Shown: in pieces, positions 39,330 to 48,173 of the stretch | How the letters are laid out: every line of letters starts with the position of its first letter | How positions within the stretch are numbered: the stretch's first letter is position 1 | IMG/VR virus record: IMGVR_UViG_3300022307_000001 | Coordinates: 1-48,173 of that record | Direction: 5' to 3' (one strand) | Source of the DNA: a virus | Length of the DNA: 48,173 nt | Translations under genes and position numbers: made by a program | Notes under the pieces: model-generated | The model's input: only the letters and a program-made list of their open reading frames with translations | Databases searched by the model: none | Told to the model about the DNA's origin: nothing

Positions 39330-39410
39330 GGCTATCGGTGGGACTCAAACCCACATTTCACAGCGAGGTTTTGTCCCCACCGTGTGTCCTGCCAGTTAGA
39401 CGAAGATAGC
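39330..39410 (-). ncRNA. tRNA-like element with a non-canonical anticodon arm
   Basis: On the minus strand the acceptor is GCTATCT/CGATAGC (6 bp plus one mismatch). The D-arm is GTCT-AACTGGCA-GGAC with GG. The T-arm is GTGGG-TTTGAGT-CCCAC. The anticodon position holds a 10-bp helix with the 6-nt loop ACAAAA, no U33 and no encoded CCA. Confidence 0.45.
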
Positions 39411-39522
39411 CTAAGTTGCCGGTTCTCCGGATAACCAACAACTCATTTTGGTGAATTATGAGAGATATATTAGAGATAATATTAATTGTTACGGCTATTC
39501 TTTATGTTGTTTTGAGGTTTAA

Positions 39523-39900
39523 TTAGTAGCTCCATACGCTAGGCCGTGGCCTTTCTGCTGAGTCTTTACAATCGTCTAAATGGATGAATCTATGCTCCCC
39601 TTTTTGACTTACTCCTATCCCTGAAAACCCTAGCAAGATAGCGTTCTTTAAAACAAAGTAGGCTCTCATATGGCTAACGCTTATATCAAAGGCTCCTTCT
39701 GAATGTGGGCCTTGTGGATTCTGTGGATGCAATGGACACCGATAACCGCTAGACATCATCAAAGGGAAACCGCACATCTCTCTTAATAGGTCGGCTTTTA
39801 TCAGCGATTCTTCTGGCATCCCTTGAAGATTATCACATTTACCACATCTGCACCCGGTTTCTTCCGGGCTAAAATAGACTGACTTATAACCTGTTTTCAT
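39523..39900 (-). CDS. peptidase M15 (M15A/M15_3) endolysin
   Basis: FSPEETGCRC...MSSGYRCPLHPQNPQGPHSEGAFDI...GIGVSQKGEHRFIHLDD matches the zinc D-Ala-D-Ala/L-Ala-D-Glu peptidase pattern SGYR...H..G.A.D...H.D. Confidence 0.75.
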   Translation of the reverse strand: MKTGYKSVYFSPEETGCRCGKCDNLQGMPEESLIKADLLREMCGFPLMMSSGYRCPLHPQNPQGPHSEGAFDISVSHMRAYFVLKNAILLGFSGIGVSQKGEHRFIHLDDCKDSAERPRPSVWSY

Positions 39901-39902
39901 GG

Positions 39903-40439
39903 TTATCCTTTGTTCTTTTCAAGGTAACTTATTATTTCTTTATAGAATAATTTGGTTTCATTGTATTGCTCTTTTTGGTTTTTCTTTACATCGTCGATTG
40001 TTTCTTTAATGTGGATTATGTCAGGTTTCATTAGCTGAGCATCGTTGTACGCCCTGTCAGCTTGGGCGTGTGCGCTTGCGGCTATTTTGCGAACCTCTTC
40101 TATTTTCTGCTTTGTATTGGCGGCAGCATCTTTAACTATGTAAAGCGCCATTGAGCAGAGGAAACCGGAGACAAAGGTTAACACGATTAACCCGCCTACG
40201 GCTCTATTTATTTTAGTGGCCATTGGGCTGATAACGTTTTTATTTGTCTCCTTCTGTTCCCTTTTCATTTCGGTTATATCCTTTTCATGTGCTGATATTT
40301 GCTGGTCACACGCCTCGTTTCTTCCAAGTTGGTCTTCCATGAAATCAAACAGCTTGGCCATTTTAGAATTGGCGTCTTCGCGCATCATGTCGCACCTGTC
40401 GCATGGCGCTCTTCTGTCTGGGCCTGGGTATTCTGCCAT
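39903..40439 (-). CDS. membrane protein of the lysis cassette (holin or spanin-like)
   Basis: 178 aa. Single central TM helix AVGGLIVLTFVSGFLCSMALYIV flanked by charged coiled-coil segments. It lies immediately upstream of the endolysin. Confidence 0.4.
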   Translation of the reverse strand: MAEYPGPDRRAPCDRCDMMREDANSKMAKLFDFMEDQLGRNEACDQQISAHEKDITEMKREQKETNKNVISPMATKINRAVGGLIVLTFVSGFLCSMALYIVKDAAANTKQKIEEVRKIAASAHAQADRAYNDAQLMKPDIIHIKETIDDVKKNQKEQYNETKLFYKEIISYLEKNKG

Positions 40440-40454
40440 TTAGTGTTCCTTGTT

Positions 40455-43400
40455 TTATGTTCTCGCAATAACGTACCATGCTCCGGTTAAACACACCATC
40501 ACAACCGACTCGTACCGTTTCGTGCCACCAGTGTTTAGTTCTATGCTTGCCGAACTTGTGTTTTGGTAATATATAGAATCGCTACCGTTTGCTGCTATCG
40601 TCGTTTGATTGGTCGCATTGAACCCGGAGAATATATACAGTGTTCCTTCCTTTATCGTTGCGATTGATGGCAGGTTTAAGGTAATATCTCCTAAGTTTGC
40701 ATTACAGAAAAACCAAGTGAACGACGGCTCTGTGATTGTATACGGTGAACTCCCTGAGTTTACAGATACCCACGGCAATCTTCCACCGCTTACCAACTCC
40801 TTAAACACTACATTACCCACTGCACTTATATCGGCAACAGGGCTACCATCACTTGATAAAATTGATGATGTGTTATCGGTTATTTTTACACTTCCCGCCT
40901 CAACGTCTGCAAAAACGGGGGCACCTGTGGTTGTGACATCTTGGCTCGTTCCTGAGCCATGTTTATGATAGGTTGAAGCATCTGAACCGTTAAGTACTGT
41001 ATTGACAGTATATCCGGCGACTGATAACACATTAGTAGAGGGGTTAAACCGGAAATTAGCGTCAGTCTGTATTAGTGCGTTGCCTGTTGCGCTGTTCCCA
41101 AACGTGACATACCTCTCAGCGTCAGACGATCCGCCGGTTAGATTAACATTTGTGGCGTTAGTCGCGGTTGCGGCGGTTCCTCCAATGTTTAAAGCTGTGG
41201 CTGTACCTGTTAATCCTGTCCCGGCACCAGAGAAAGAAGAGGCAGTAACACTATTTGTTACAGATAAAGAATCGTGGACAGTCACAAGATTCTCAGCAAT
41301 TGTTAGTTCCTTATTGCTGTCAGATGCTAATCCGTTGACGTGAAATGTAATAGGGTTGTTCGTAAACTCATTAAATAAAATGCCATTTTCTGAATTGCTA
41401 AAAAGAGCGGTTTTAGATGCAAAATAAGCCGCAGAATAATTTAAACCATACGTCGAAAACGTAAATGTTGCTTGGTTTGTCCCGTCAGCGTCCGCCGCTT
41501 TCATTCGTATTGAACTTTCTACGGTGGCATTATCGCCGTATGACTCAAGATTGATCCGTGTTGATCCGCCATCAGTCTTGTAACCACTAAAAACAGGTAT
41601 GGAGTCTTTCCCGACGACTCCTGGATCGGCATCACCATATAACTTGCCAACTTTGTCTAAGTGATCCCATGTCTCATAGTAAAGATCGGTTGACGCTAAA
41701 TAGATATAACGCAACACTATTCTCTCGTTGGCAGCAAGAGCATTAATTGCTGTTTCTGGCGAAGGTTGTAAATTTCTTACTATTTTGGCCTCTGTAGCCG
41801 CATCAAAAAACGGGGAAGCTATATTGCCATCACCAGTAGCGTTTTGTTTAATTATTATACTAAATTCTGTCGAGTCAGATGGGTCAACGAATTTCAAAGA
41901 GTTTGGCGACCACGCATTGTCAAGATTATACACACCTTGTTTATATCCATCTGCGATAAATTGAGGGTGTACTGTTAACGATGTTGCAGTATCGGTATAG
42001 GTATTAGCGTCCATCGTGCCGGTCATATAAAGCATGTTACCTCTTGCCCACACATCATCATCTTGCACAGCGAATGTATCATTGTGTGTTGCGTCATTAC
42101 AGCCAGCGAGTGTTAATTCTTGCCCTTTGATAAAAGGGAAAGCGTCCCATGCAGTTGACCCGATACTTAAAGCAAACGTATCTTGAGAATATGCGTAAGT
42201 TGGCAGTGAACTATTTTGGCTAGTTCCGGTAGCATCATCAGCAACCCATGTGTCGGTAAAATAATAGTTTGTCGCATCAATAACAGTTATCTCAAAATCA
42301 CCGTTGTAATTAGTGGTGCCGGCGTGAGTGGTCACACTTCCGGTTGAAAAACCATGCGCCGTTGCGGTAGTTGCTTTTACTGTACCGGCTACTGTGCCTG
42401 AATAATCCGCAAACGCCGTAATATTAGCGGTGTCATACATGCCGTTGGTTAAGCCGTAGCTGCCACCCGTTACTTGATAGGCGATTTTCTGTTCCCTACC
42501 AACTATCCCGGCATTATGTAATTTGACAACACCGTTAAACTCTGGGTCTAAATGCAGATCTCCTCTCGCATCATTCTGTGTACCTAAAGTTGTAGCTGTA
42601 AAACTTGCCCCCGTACCCGCCTCTATGTTGTTCTGAGCATTCTGGTAGTCAAGCAAATCAAAGTGATTTCCCTTGCTCCCCTTCACATAGCTAATAGCTG
42701 TCCCTGGGATTACATCGTCGGTGCCGTAAAGATATATGTTTTTTAGAGATGTGTTTTCAAAAACTGATGTCCAGAAAAGCTCATATTCCCAATAATCCTT
42801 GTCTGCATTTGAAATCGAACTTGTATCAGCTCGACCAAGGCCATGTTGAACCATCCCCCACGAACCAAGAGACTTGCCGCCAACCTGCCGAAAATAATTA
42901 TTATCACCAGCTATACCTTCTATCGCCGGGGAATAGGCAGCTTCTGCTTCACCATTCTCAAATACGTTATAAAATCCGCTAATCCGTAGGCACCCGCCTA
43001 ACGGCCAGTTGTTCTTGGATAATGAGGTACTGTAACTTCTATTCATCAGATAGAAATTTTTAATATTATTTTCCTGGGACGCCCTTGGTAAACTCCCGAC
43101 TTTATCCCAAGTCACACCGGCATCTGAGGTAGACCATTGATAAAAACCAATTCCAAGATACATCACCACATCACTTGCGTAATAGGCCCCGACATTAATA
43201 AAATCTGAGTCTGCCAAACTCCTTGCTGATATGCAGATAGTGGCCATTGCGCTGCCGGTTGGATATGTGTACCAATCCCAACCGACAAAATCCATGTTAA
43301 TAATACCTGACGTTTGGTTTCTAAAATCGGAATAATTAACAGAAGGAGCGCCAACAGGGTTGGCAGTTGTAGTTGGCTCTATTTTGATCATTTCCTCATT

Positions 43401-44897
43401 GCCGCCGCCCCACCATATAGTAGCTTTGGGAAAGGTTGTGCCAGTTGTATCAGGAGCGTTGTAGTAAGTATTGTTATCCGTGTCCATCCACCGTTGATGT
43501 CTGCCTTCACCAACCCAAGGCACCCCGTTTGCGTCCCTGGTTATGGTACCTGTGATGAGATAGGTTTTGGTATTGTCTTTGTGGGGAAAGAATAGATGTT
43601 TGCCAATAGAATCGGCATAGTCTGATGCCGCTTGAATCTCAGTAGTCCAGTCAGTACCCACTCCGGTTGATGGCACATAGTCAGCGGTTACGCCAAATTC
43701 ACTGACCGACACAAACCCCTCTTTTAGCAACGTGGCCACGTTTATTGCCGCTGAACCTGTTACGCTCCGGTCATATTGTAGGTCGGCGTTGCTAAGACTT
43801 TGCCCAACCGCCACAGCCTCACCGTCTGCCGTACCGTCTGCAAGTTCGACAATCTTATTTCCCTCCATCACAAGCTGATTGCTTGCGTTTACAGAAAGTA
43901 TTGCTGTGTCTGGGAAGCCATCAGAGTTATACAGAGTTAGTTCGTCAGCACCTGATTCGTACTGCCAATAGAAATCAGCCCCATTTCCGAACTGAGCCGC
44001 CACACCGTCACGGAAAAGTATCGGCGTATACCGTGACAAGGCAACACCGTTTTCTTGCGACACCTGCGTTATTCCGGCGTAATTTAAGACAGTGCCGCTT
44101 TGTTCGTAAACATTGGCTCCGGCTGAGTTTGTCCACCATTTCTGGTAAACGGCTGAGTTGGTGTCGAACCCGTTTATTTGCGCCCCAGCGACATGATCTT
44201 GTTGGGTGATGTAAGTGGCACCAATATTGGTAAGGTCGCCGCCAACTAAATCCACATTGCCAGAATCATCTATAATAACACTAGAGTCTTGTACCCCGTT
44301 AGCCCCGCCGTCACCTCTGACAATGGCATTGTCGGTTATGGTGCTTGCCGCTGTTACATCGCCATATCCGGTAAGATGAGAATGGAGATTTGTAACAGAC
44401 CCATCCGTTAGCTCTTCTAACTCTGCCCCGGTAGCGGTTGTATCTGAATGGCTTGCGATTGTATGAGATTCTGCGTGTCTTGCAGCTGTGTTGGCAGCTA
44501 CATCTGAATGACTTGAACCGTCACTGGTTATATGCGCTGTGTTTGTGACTACATTTGCATGATCGCTGCCGTCGCCTGCCCTGTGGGTATCGTTTAGGAC
44601 TACGTTAGAATGGTCTGTGCCATCTGACGCAATATGATTTGTGCTTGCGGTTATTGCCGTATCTATCTGGTCGTGGGTATTAGTTCCTATTCCCGTTAAT
44701 TGGCTGTGGGCTGTTATTCCGCCAACTCCACCGCCGGTTATGTCTATTGTGATATCGTTATCACCAATATCTACCGACACAGCACTTGTAGTTATGTCAA
44801 CCTCTACAGAATTACCGTCTATTTCTACACTTACAGAAGCGTCTGCTAATTCAACGGTAACTTCTTGTGAGACAAGCTCTATTGTTATATCAGACAT
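40455..44897 (-). CDS. giant tailspike/fibre with a pectate-lyase-type beta-helix domain
   Basis: 1480 aa. The N-terminus has short V-x-V-[ED]-I repeats. Residues 63-174 form a His-rich repeat block. SVSEFGVTADYVPSTGVGTDWTTEIQAASDYADSIGKHLFFP matches the Pectate_lyase_3 / tailspike signature. Confidence 0.75.
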   Translation of the reverse strand: MSDITIELVSQEVTVELADASVSVEIDGNSVEVDITTSAVSVDIGDNDITIDITGGGVGGITAHSQLTGIGTNTHDQIDTAITASTNHIASDGTDHSNVVLNDTHRAGDGSDHANVVTNTAHITSDGSSHSDVAANTAARHAESHTIASHSDTTATGAELEELTDGSVTNLHSHLTGYGDVTAASTITDNAIVRGDGGANGVQDSSVIIDDSGNVDLVGGDLTNIGATYITQQDHVAGAQINGFDTNSAVYQKWWTNSAGANVYEQSGTVLNYAGITQVSQENGVALSRYTPILFRDGVAAQFGNGADFYWQYESGADELTLYNSDGFPDTAILSVNASNQLVMEGNKIVELADGTADGEAVAVGQSLSNADLQYDRSVTGSAAINVATLLKEGFVSVSEFGVTADYVPSTGVGTDWTTEIQAASDYADSIGKHLFFPHKDNTKTYLITGTITRDANGVPWVGEGRHQRWMDTDNNTYYNAPDTTGTTFPKATIWWGGGNEEMIKIEPTTTANPVGAPSVNYSDFRNQTSGIINMDFVGWDWYTYPTGSAMATICISARSLADSDFINVGAYYASDVVMYLGIGFYQWSTSDAGVTWDKVGSLPRASQENNIKNFYLMNRSYSTSLSKNNWPLGGCLRISGFYNVFENGEAEAAYSPAIEGIAGDNNYFRQVGGKSLGSWGMVQHGLGRADTSSISNADKDYWEYELFWTSVFENTSLKNIYLYGTDDVIPGTAISYVKGSKGNHFDLLDYQNAQNNIEAGTGASFTATTLGTQNDARGDLHLDPEFNGVVKLHNAGIVGREQKIAYQVTGGSYGLTNGMYDTANITAFADYSGTVAGTVKATTATAHGFSTGSVTTHAGTTNYNGDFEITVIDATNYYFTDTWVADDATGTSQNSSLPTYAYSQDTFALSIGSTAWDAFPFIKGQELTLAGCNDATHNDTFAVQDDDVWARGNMLYMTGTMDANTYTDTATSLTVHPQFIADGYKQGVYNLDNAWSPNSLKFVDPSDSTEFSIIIKQNATGDGNIASPFFDAATEAKIVRNLQPSPETAINALAANERIVLRYIYLASTDLYYETWDHLDKVGKLYGDADPGVVGKDSIPVFSGYKTDGGSTRINLESYGDNATVESSIRMKAADADGTNQATFTFSTYGLNYSAAYFASKTALFSNSENGILFNEFTNNPITFHVNGLASDSNKELTIAENLVTVHDSLSVTNSVTASSFSGAGTGLTGTATALNIGGTAATATNATNVNLTGGSSDAERYVTFGNSATGNALIQTDANFRFNPSTNVLSVAGYTVNTVLNGSDASTYHKHGSGTSQDVTTTGAPVFADVEAGSVKITDNTSSILSSDGSPVADISAVGNVVFKELVSGGRLPWVSVNSGSSPYTITEPSFTWFFCNANLGDITLNLPSIATIKEGTLYIFSGFNATNQTTIAANGSDSIYYQNTSSASIELNTGGTKRYESVVMVCLTGAWYVIART

Positions 44898-45253
44898 TAG
44901 GCAACAGCTTGGGTTATAGGTTCTTTAACGGTGAATGTCCCGCCTGGTATTGTGGTTACTGTCCCGCCACTTTCTACCAGCCTGAAATCATAGTAATATG
45001 TCTTTTCAACCGCTAGGGTGTTGGTTTGCGTTGAGGATATAACTATCGTAGTTATTCCAGATGCAGGAGTAGTATGCTCTCCGACTGAATTGGATATTTG
45101 CAATACGGCGTTGGCATCTGTATCTGATTTTTTATTCTTTATGGTTAGATAAACGGTGTCATTGGTGATGTTTATTGCCGTACCGTTACGCTTTAGCGTC
45201 AACGGGTATGATTTTGTTTCACCTTTATAAAAGTCCTGGATTATATCGCTCAT
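44897..45253 (-). CDS. Ig-like/E-set fold virion protein
   Basis: 118 aa. FYKGETKSYPLTL...VYLTIK...TYYYDFRLVESGGTVTTIPGGTFTVKEPIT is the common phage beta-sandwich pattern (Y.yDi.l....g...t...G.f.v). Confidence 0.5.
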   Translation of the reverse strand: MSDIIQDFYKGETKSYPLTLKRNGTAINITNDTVYLTIKNKKSDTDANAVLQISNSVGEHTTPASGITTIVISSTQTNTLAVEKTYYYDFRLVESGGTVTTIPGGTFTVKEPITQAVA

Positions 45254-45257
45254 TTTT

Positions 45258-47447
45258 TTATTTCCTCATTCTGCTAAAAGGAACTTCTTTTAATGGATTA
45301 CCCTCGCCAGCTATTTCAAGCTTTCTTAACCTTTGCAATTCTGACTCAGACACACTGCCTTTTGTCGGTGATGCTATATTTTTAGTTCCCAACTTACTTG
45401 CTATATCCGACAGAGATTGATTGGACGCTTGCGGAGTGTCTACCAGAACAAAATCTTTGGTCGCCCCTGGCAATTGTGGCAAAGGAGGGCTACCAGGAGG
45501 TAGAGATGTATAGTCGGCCCCTAGTTTTCGTCTTATCATTTCTCTGCCTTCTGGTGTTTTAGCTGTTTCTACCAACCAATCTATAACATCGTCTGGCTTA
45601 ATTTTAGCCGGGAATCTTGTAGCTTCGTGCGTGATCTGCCTGGGGACGATGTTCATTATGTCCCCAATATCTTCCGCAAATTCATTTACAGCTTTTGTGT
45701 ATTCTGCTTGTGTCTTTGCGGAGGTTAAAATATTTTTCAACCCATTATCTATATATTCAGACCCTATACCAGCAAGCTTCCCCACATAACTCCTTGGCTT
45801 CATCTTGTTTGGGAGGTTCTTTCTCATATCTACTGCTTCATCAACCTGCTTAAACGACTTAGCCATTATATTGTTAGGGTTCTTCATCTTTTGAACAAAT
45901 GCTTTTTCAGCCCTTGGTATAGCTCCCATTAGGAATTGGGAAGGGTTTTGAGTCGCCAGACCTAACGCTATATGGGTATCAGCAAAGGCATCAAACATGG
46001 TGTTTAGGTCGCCTTTTGTTTGCTTTGCGATAGATGAGAACTTGTTTGCTATATCGTCCCTAACAACGATTAGAGAGCCATAATTGCGCCTAGCTTTTTT
46101 CCATCCTTCGCCATCTCCGCCTGTTCTTTTTATTACATCGTCTATTTCGCCTCTTAGATAGTCTGCCTCGATAGCGTTAAGAGCGTTTTCACCAGATGAC
46201 ATTGACCTAATCTTATTGGAGGCAGCCGTTGATACTTGGCTGTTCATTTCAGCTAGTCTTCCTTGCGCCCTCACTAAATCTAGTCTTCCGACATCAACAA
46301 GATATTCTATCCTATCGTCTATCGCATCCAGGTCTTTAGGTGCCCAGACTCCAATCTTTTCTTCTTTTAATTTTCTCAGTTTATTAACAAGGTTTACATA
46401 ATCAGCTTTGCCGCCCTTGGCCCCACTCGCCTTCACCATGTCGTCAAATTGTTTGAAGAATATCCCTTCCAGTTGCTCTTCTGCTTGAAACGCTGATTTA
46501 AGGTCGGTTGGAATAGTCACTTTAGCACCGTTAAAATCAGTGAGGTCTAAGAGGTCTTTATTGCTGACAACTTCGTCCATATAGGTTGCCATATGCTCTT
46601 TATACGCTTCCGGGCCTTTTATCGTTTTTATCTCGCCTGTAGGCAACTCCTTCTGAAACTCTGTGGCGTTTATATTTCTTATCTTCGCCGTTCTGAGGTT
46701 TTTATTCCCAGGCTTTACAGCCCTCAAAGCATCGTCAGCAGCGCCTGAAATAGACTTGCCTATACGCTCTGGTTGCCTTCTAGTTATTATTTCAGAGGCA
46801 TCTTTAAGAATATCTAAAGGTTCTTTGGCGGCTATTTGAGTGCCTTTTGCAACAGGGATAAATTCCGCCAGTGCCAATATGCCAGCGACCCTAGCGGCAT
46901 CTTTTGGGTGGGCTTTAGCGTATTTTTTTACTGCCTCGGCCCCTTCGCCTATAGCCTCAAACACTCCTTGGTATTGTGGGTATTCTGCAATATTATTGAT
47001 AATACTTTTTGCTTGCGCCTTTACCGGGTCGGGTATCTGCTCTGATACTAATTCAGCTGCCGGCGCTAGTGCTTTATCAAAAACAAAGTTTTCCAGGGTG
47101 TCTACAACTGGTTTGACTAATACATGAGCAGCGAACATAGCCGGTGCTGACACAATATCTTCTGCTACGCCAAAGACTTTGCCGGTTTGCTCCCCAAAGA
47201 CAGACTCAGTTAGCCGCTGGGTAATACCTTTATCTTTGCCCACCGCTTGAGAAAACCGTTGAATACCTGTGGTGCCGATTGGTTCCCTGTCCGCCCTATC
47301 TATGGTCGGGATTACTTCATCTTCTGCAAATGGGTCAAAATCTACAGGCTCAATATCCGGTTCAGCAGATAATGCCTCTTCAAATGTAGGAGGGGCTTGT
47401 TGCTCTTCCGCAAATGGGTCGAAGTCTATTTTTTCTAGTGTAGCCAT
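45258..47447 (-). CDS. large virion protein (putative internal/ejection protein)
   Basis: 729 aa. The N-terminus has duplicated DFDPFAE motifs. It lies between the wrapped 478-aa gene and the Ig-like gene. No catalytic motif recognised. Confidence 0.6.
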   Translation of the reverse strand: MATLEKIDFDPFAEEQQAPPTFEEALSAEPDIEPVDFDPFAEDEVIPTIDRADREPIGTTGIQRFSQAVGKDKGITQRLTESVFGEQTGKVFGVAEDIVSAPAMFAAHVLVKPVVDTLENFVFDKALAPAAELVSEQIPDPVKAQAKSIINNIAEYPQYQGVFEAIGEGAEAVKKYAKAHPKDAARVAGILALAEFIPVAKGTQIAAKEPLDILKDASEIITRRQPERIGKSISGAADDALRAVKPGNKNLRTAKIRNINATEFQKELPTGEIKTIKGPEAYKEHMATYMDEVVSNKDLLDLTDFNGAKVTIPTDLKSAFQAEEQLEGIFFKQFDDMVKASGAKGGKADYVNLVNKLRKLKEEKIGVWAPKDLDAIDDRIEYLVDVGRLDLVRAQGRLAEMNSQVSTAASNKIRSMSSGENALNAIEADYLRGEIDDVIKRTGGDGEGWKKARRNYGSLIVVRDDIANKFSSIAKQTKGDLNTMFDAFADTHIALGLATQNPSQFLMGAIPRAEKAFVQKMKNPNNIMAKSFKQVDEAVDMRKNLPNKMKPRSYVGKLAGIGSEYIDNGLKNILTSAKTQAEYTKAVNEFAEDIGDIMNIVPRQITHEATRFPAKIKPDDVIDWLVETAKTPEGREMIRRKLGADYTSLPPGSPPLPQLPGATKDFVLVDTPQASNQSLSDIASKLGTKNIASPTKGSVSESELQRLRKLEIAGEGNPLKEVPFSRMRK

Positions 47448-48173
47448 TATTGTTTCACCCTAGCCCATCCGTCACCAGTTTTTACGAAATATGCGCTGTG
47501 TTTAGACGACCATCTAGCATCTGGGTAGTCTTCCGGTGGTGGCGGTTGGCCGATTGTTTCCTTCGTTATGTCGGACGCCTCGTAGAATTTATCCAATTCG
47601 CCCTTATCGGTTCGTGTATTCCACCTATCTATAGCCCTTTGTGCTATGCTTTTTCTTATCTGGGCCATCTTCAACAGGGTTCCTTTGTTGAGAGAAATAG
47701 AACCAGTCAGTACCTGCCTCATAAATTCTCTTTCAGCCGGTGTGTCCATTCCCCTTGCGCCAACTCCTAGTTCTTTTATGAGTGGGAACACTTCTGAACC
47801 CATCATAACGTCTAGTATCTCGGTGTCTTGCACTTTGCCAGTGGCTACATCGCTACCTATTTTCGCTTTTACCCGCTCTATATTCTTAAGAACTTCTGCG
47901 CCGAATCCGGTTATCGCTTCTGATGATTCTATTTCTGTGATTAAATCGTCTATTTTGGCTATGTTGCTAACAGCCGCTGTTGCTGCGTTGTACTGCTCGT
48001 AATTACCCGCACCGACAGCCGTGCCTGTCGCCTTGGCTTGTGCCTCTGCCGCTACATTGCTAGGTTCTCTTTCGGGAGGTAAGTCTTTTTGGAATGAAGC
48101 TGCTATTTTTGTGGGGTCACTTGGGTCTACTACACCTATTCTGTCACCAAGGTCTACAACCTTACCAGCTCTT
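47447..48173 (-). CDS. C-terminal part of the wrapped 478-aa virion protein (continues from 837..1)
   Basis: The frame is open from the right window edge to the TAA at 47447-47449. The track ORF 47447..47833 is only the part after an internal GTG. Phase matches position 1 after removing the 127-nt overlap. Confidence 0.8.
   Translation of the reverse strand, partial: RAGKVVDLGDRIGVVDPSDPTKIAASFQKDLPPEREPSNVAAEAQAKATGTAVGAGNYEQYNAATAAVSNIAKIDDLITEIESSEAITGFGAEVLKNIERVKAKIGSDVATGKVQDTEILDVMMGSEVFPLIKELGVGARGMDTPAEREFMRQVLTGSISLNKGTLLKMAQIRKSIAQRAIDRWNTRTDKGELDKFYEASDITKETIGQPPPPEDYPDARWSSKHSAYFVKTGDGWARVKQ
48047..48173. repeat. second copy of the 127-nt terminal repeat
   Basis: Identical to 1-127. 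Confidence 0.95.

Noticed and set aside
39330-39410. Annotating this element as a functional tRNA with a defined anticodon
   Set aside because: No register gives a 5-bp anticodon stem with a 7-nt loop, U33 is missing, and the T-loop lacks C56. It is reported only as tRNA-like.
40609-44919. + strand ORFs inside the tailspike gene (40609..40968, 41002..41343, 43883..44209, 44641..44919 and others)
   Set aside because: Antisense shadows of the 1480-aa ORF.
1-48173. Lysogeny module, CRISPR array, reverse transcriptase/DGR and toxin-antitoxin pairs
   Set aside because: I looked through all six-frame ORFs and the intergenic regions. I found no integrase, recombinase, RT or Cas-like sequences and no spacer-repeat periodicity.

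Overview
The window is a complete dsDNA phage genome of about 48.05 kb. Bases 1-127 are identical to 48047-48173, and a minus-strand ORF reads in frame across that junction, so the sequence closes into a circle. No tail tube, sheath or tape-measure gene is visible, and there is a T7 gp12-like nozzle candidate, so the phage looks podovirus-like. I found no integrase, CI-type repressor, rRNA or CRISPR array.

There are four transcription units:
1. A roughly 29-kb leftward late operon, running 20409 down to 1, then 48046 down to 39523. It carries TerS, an intein-containing TerL, portal, a GroES-like protein, scaffold, a decoration candidate, an HK97/gpT-like major capsid protein, a beta-helix protein, the nozzle candidate, fibre, GNAT, putative internal virion proteins, a 1480-aa tailspike and an M15 endolysin.
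2. A short rightward early operon (20625-21970) of small Cys-rich proteins ending in an RHH protein and a terminator.
3. A leftward early/replication operon (32445 down to 22190). It carries an RHH regulator, many tiny ORFs, a Ref-like HNH, a PD-(D/E)XK nuclease, a replication initiator, DnaB, an ASCH/DUF3850 protein and SSB.
4. A rightward recombination operon (32599-39270). It carries a VRR-NUC-like nuclease, a DUF1351-like protein, Erf, NinB, a C5-methyltransferase and a lipoprotein.

Main hunting results:
- The TerL Walker A loop is split by an intein. The central part of that intein is the reverse complement of an independently promoted HNH homing-endonuclease gene, and both strands stay open over about 540 nt.
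- At least 14 copies of a covarying imperfect-palindrome element run from the stop codon of one small gene to the start of the next across the leftward early operon.
- A strongly promoted 640-nt ORF has a composition unlike a normal protein and may be a large ncRNA.
- A tRNA-like element has a non-canonical anticodon arm.
- A strand-specific Y-shaped RNA structure lies at 29342-29432.

All homology calls come from motif recognition by eye, with no database search.
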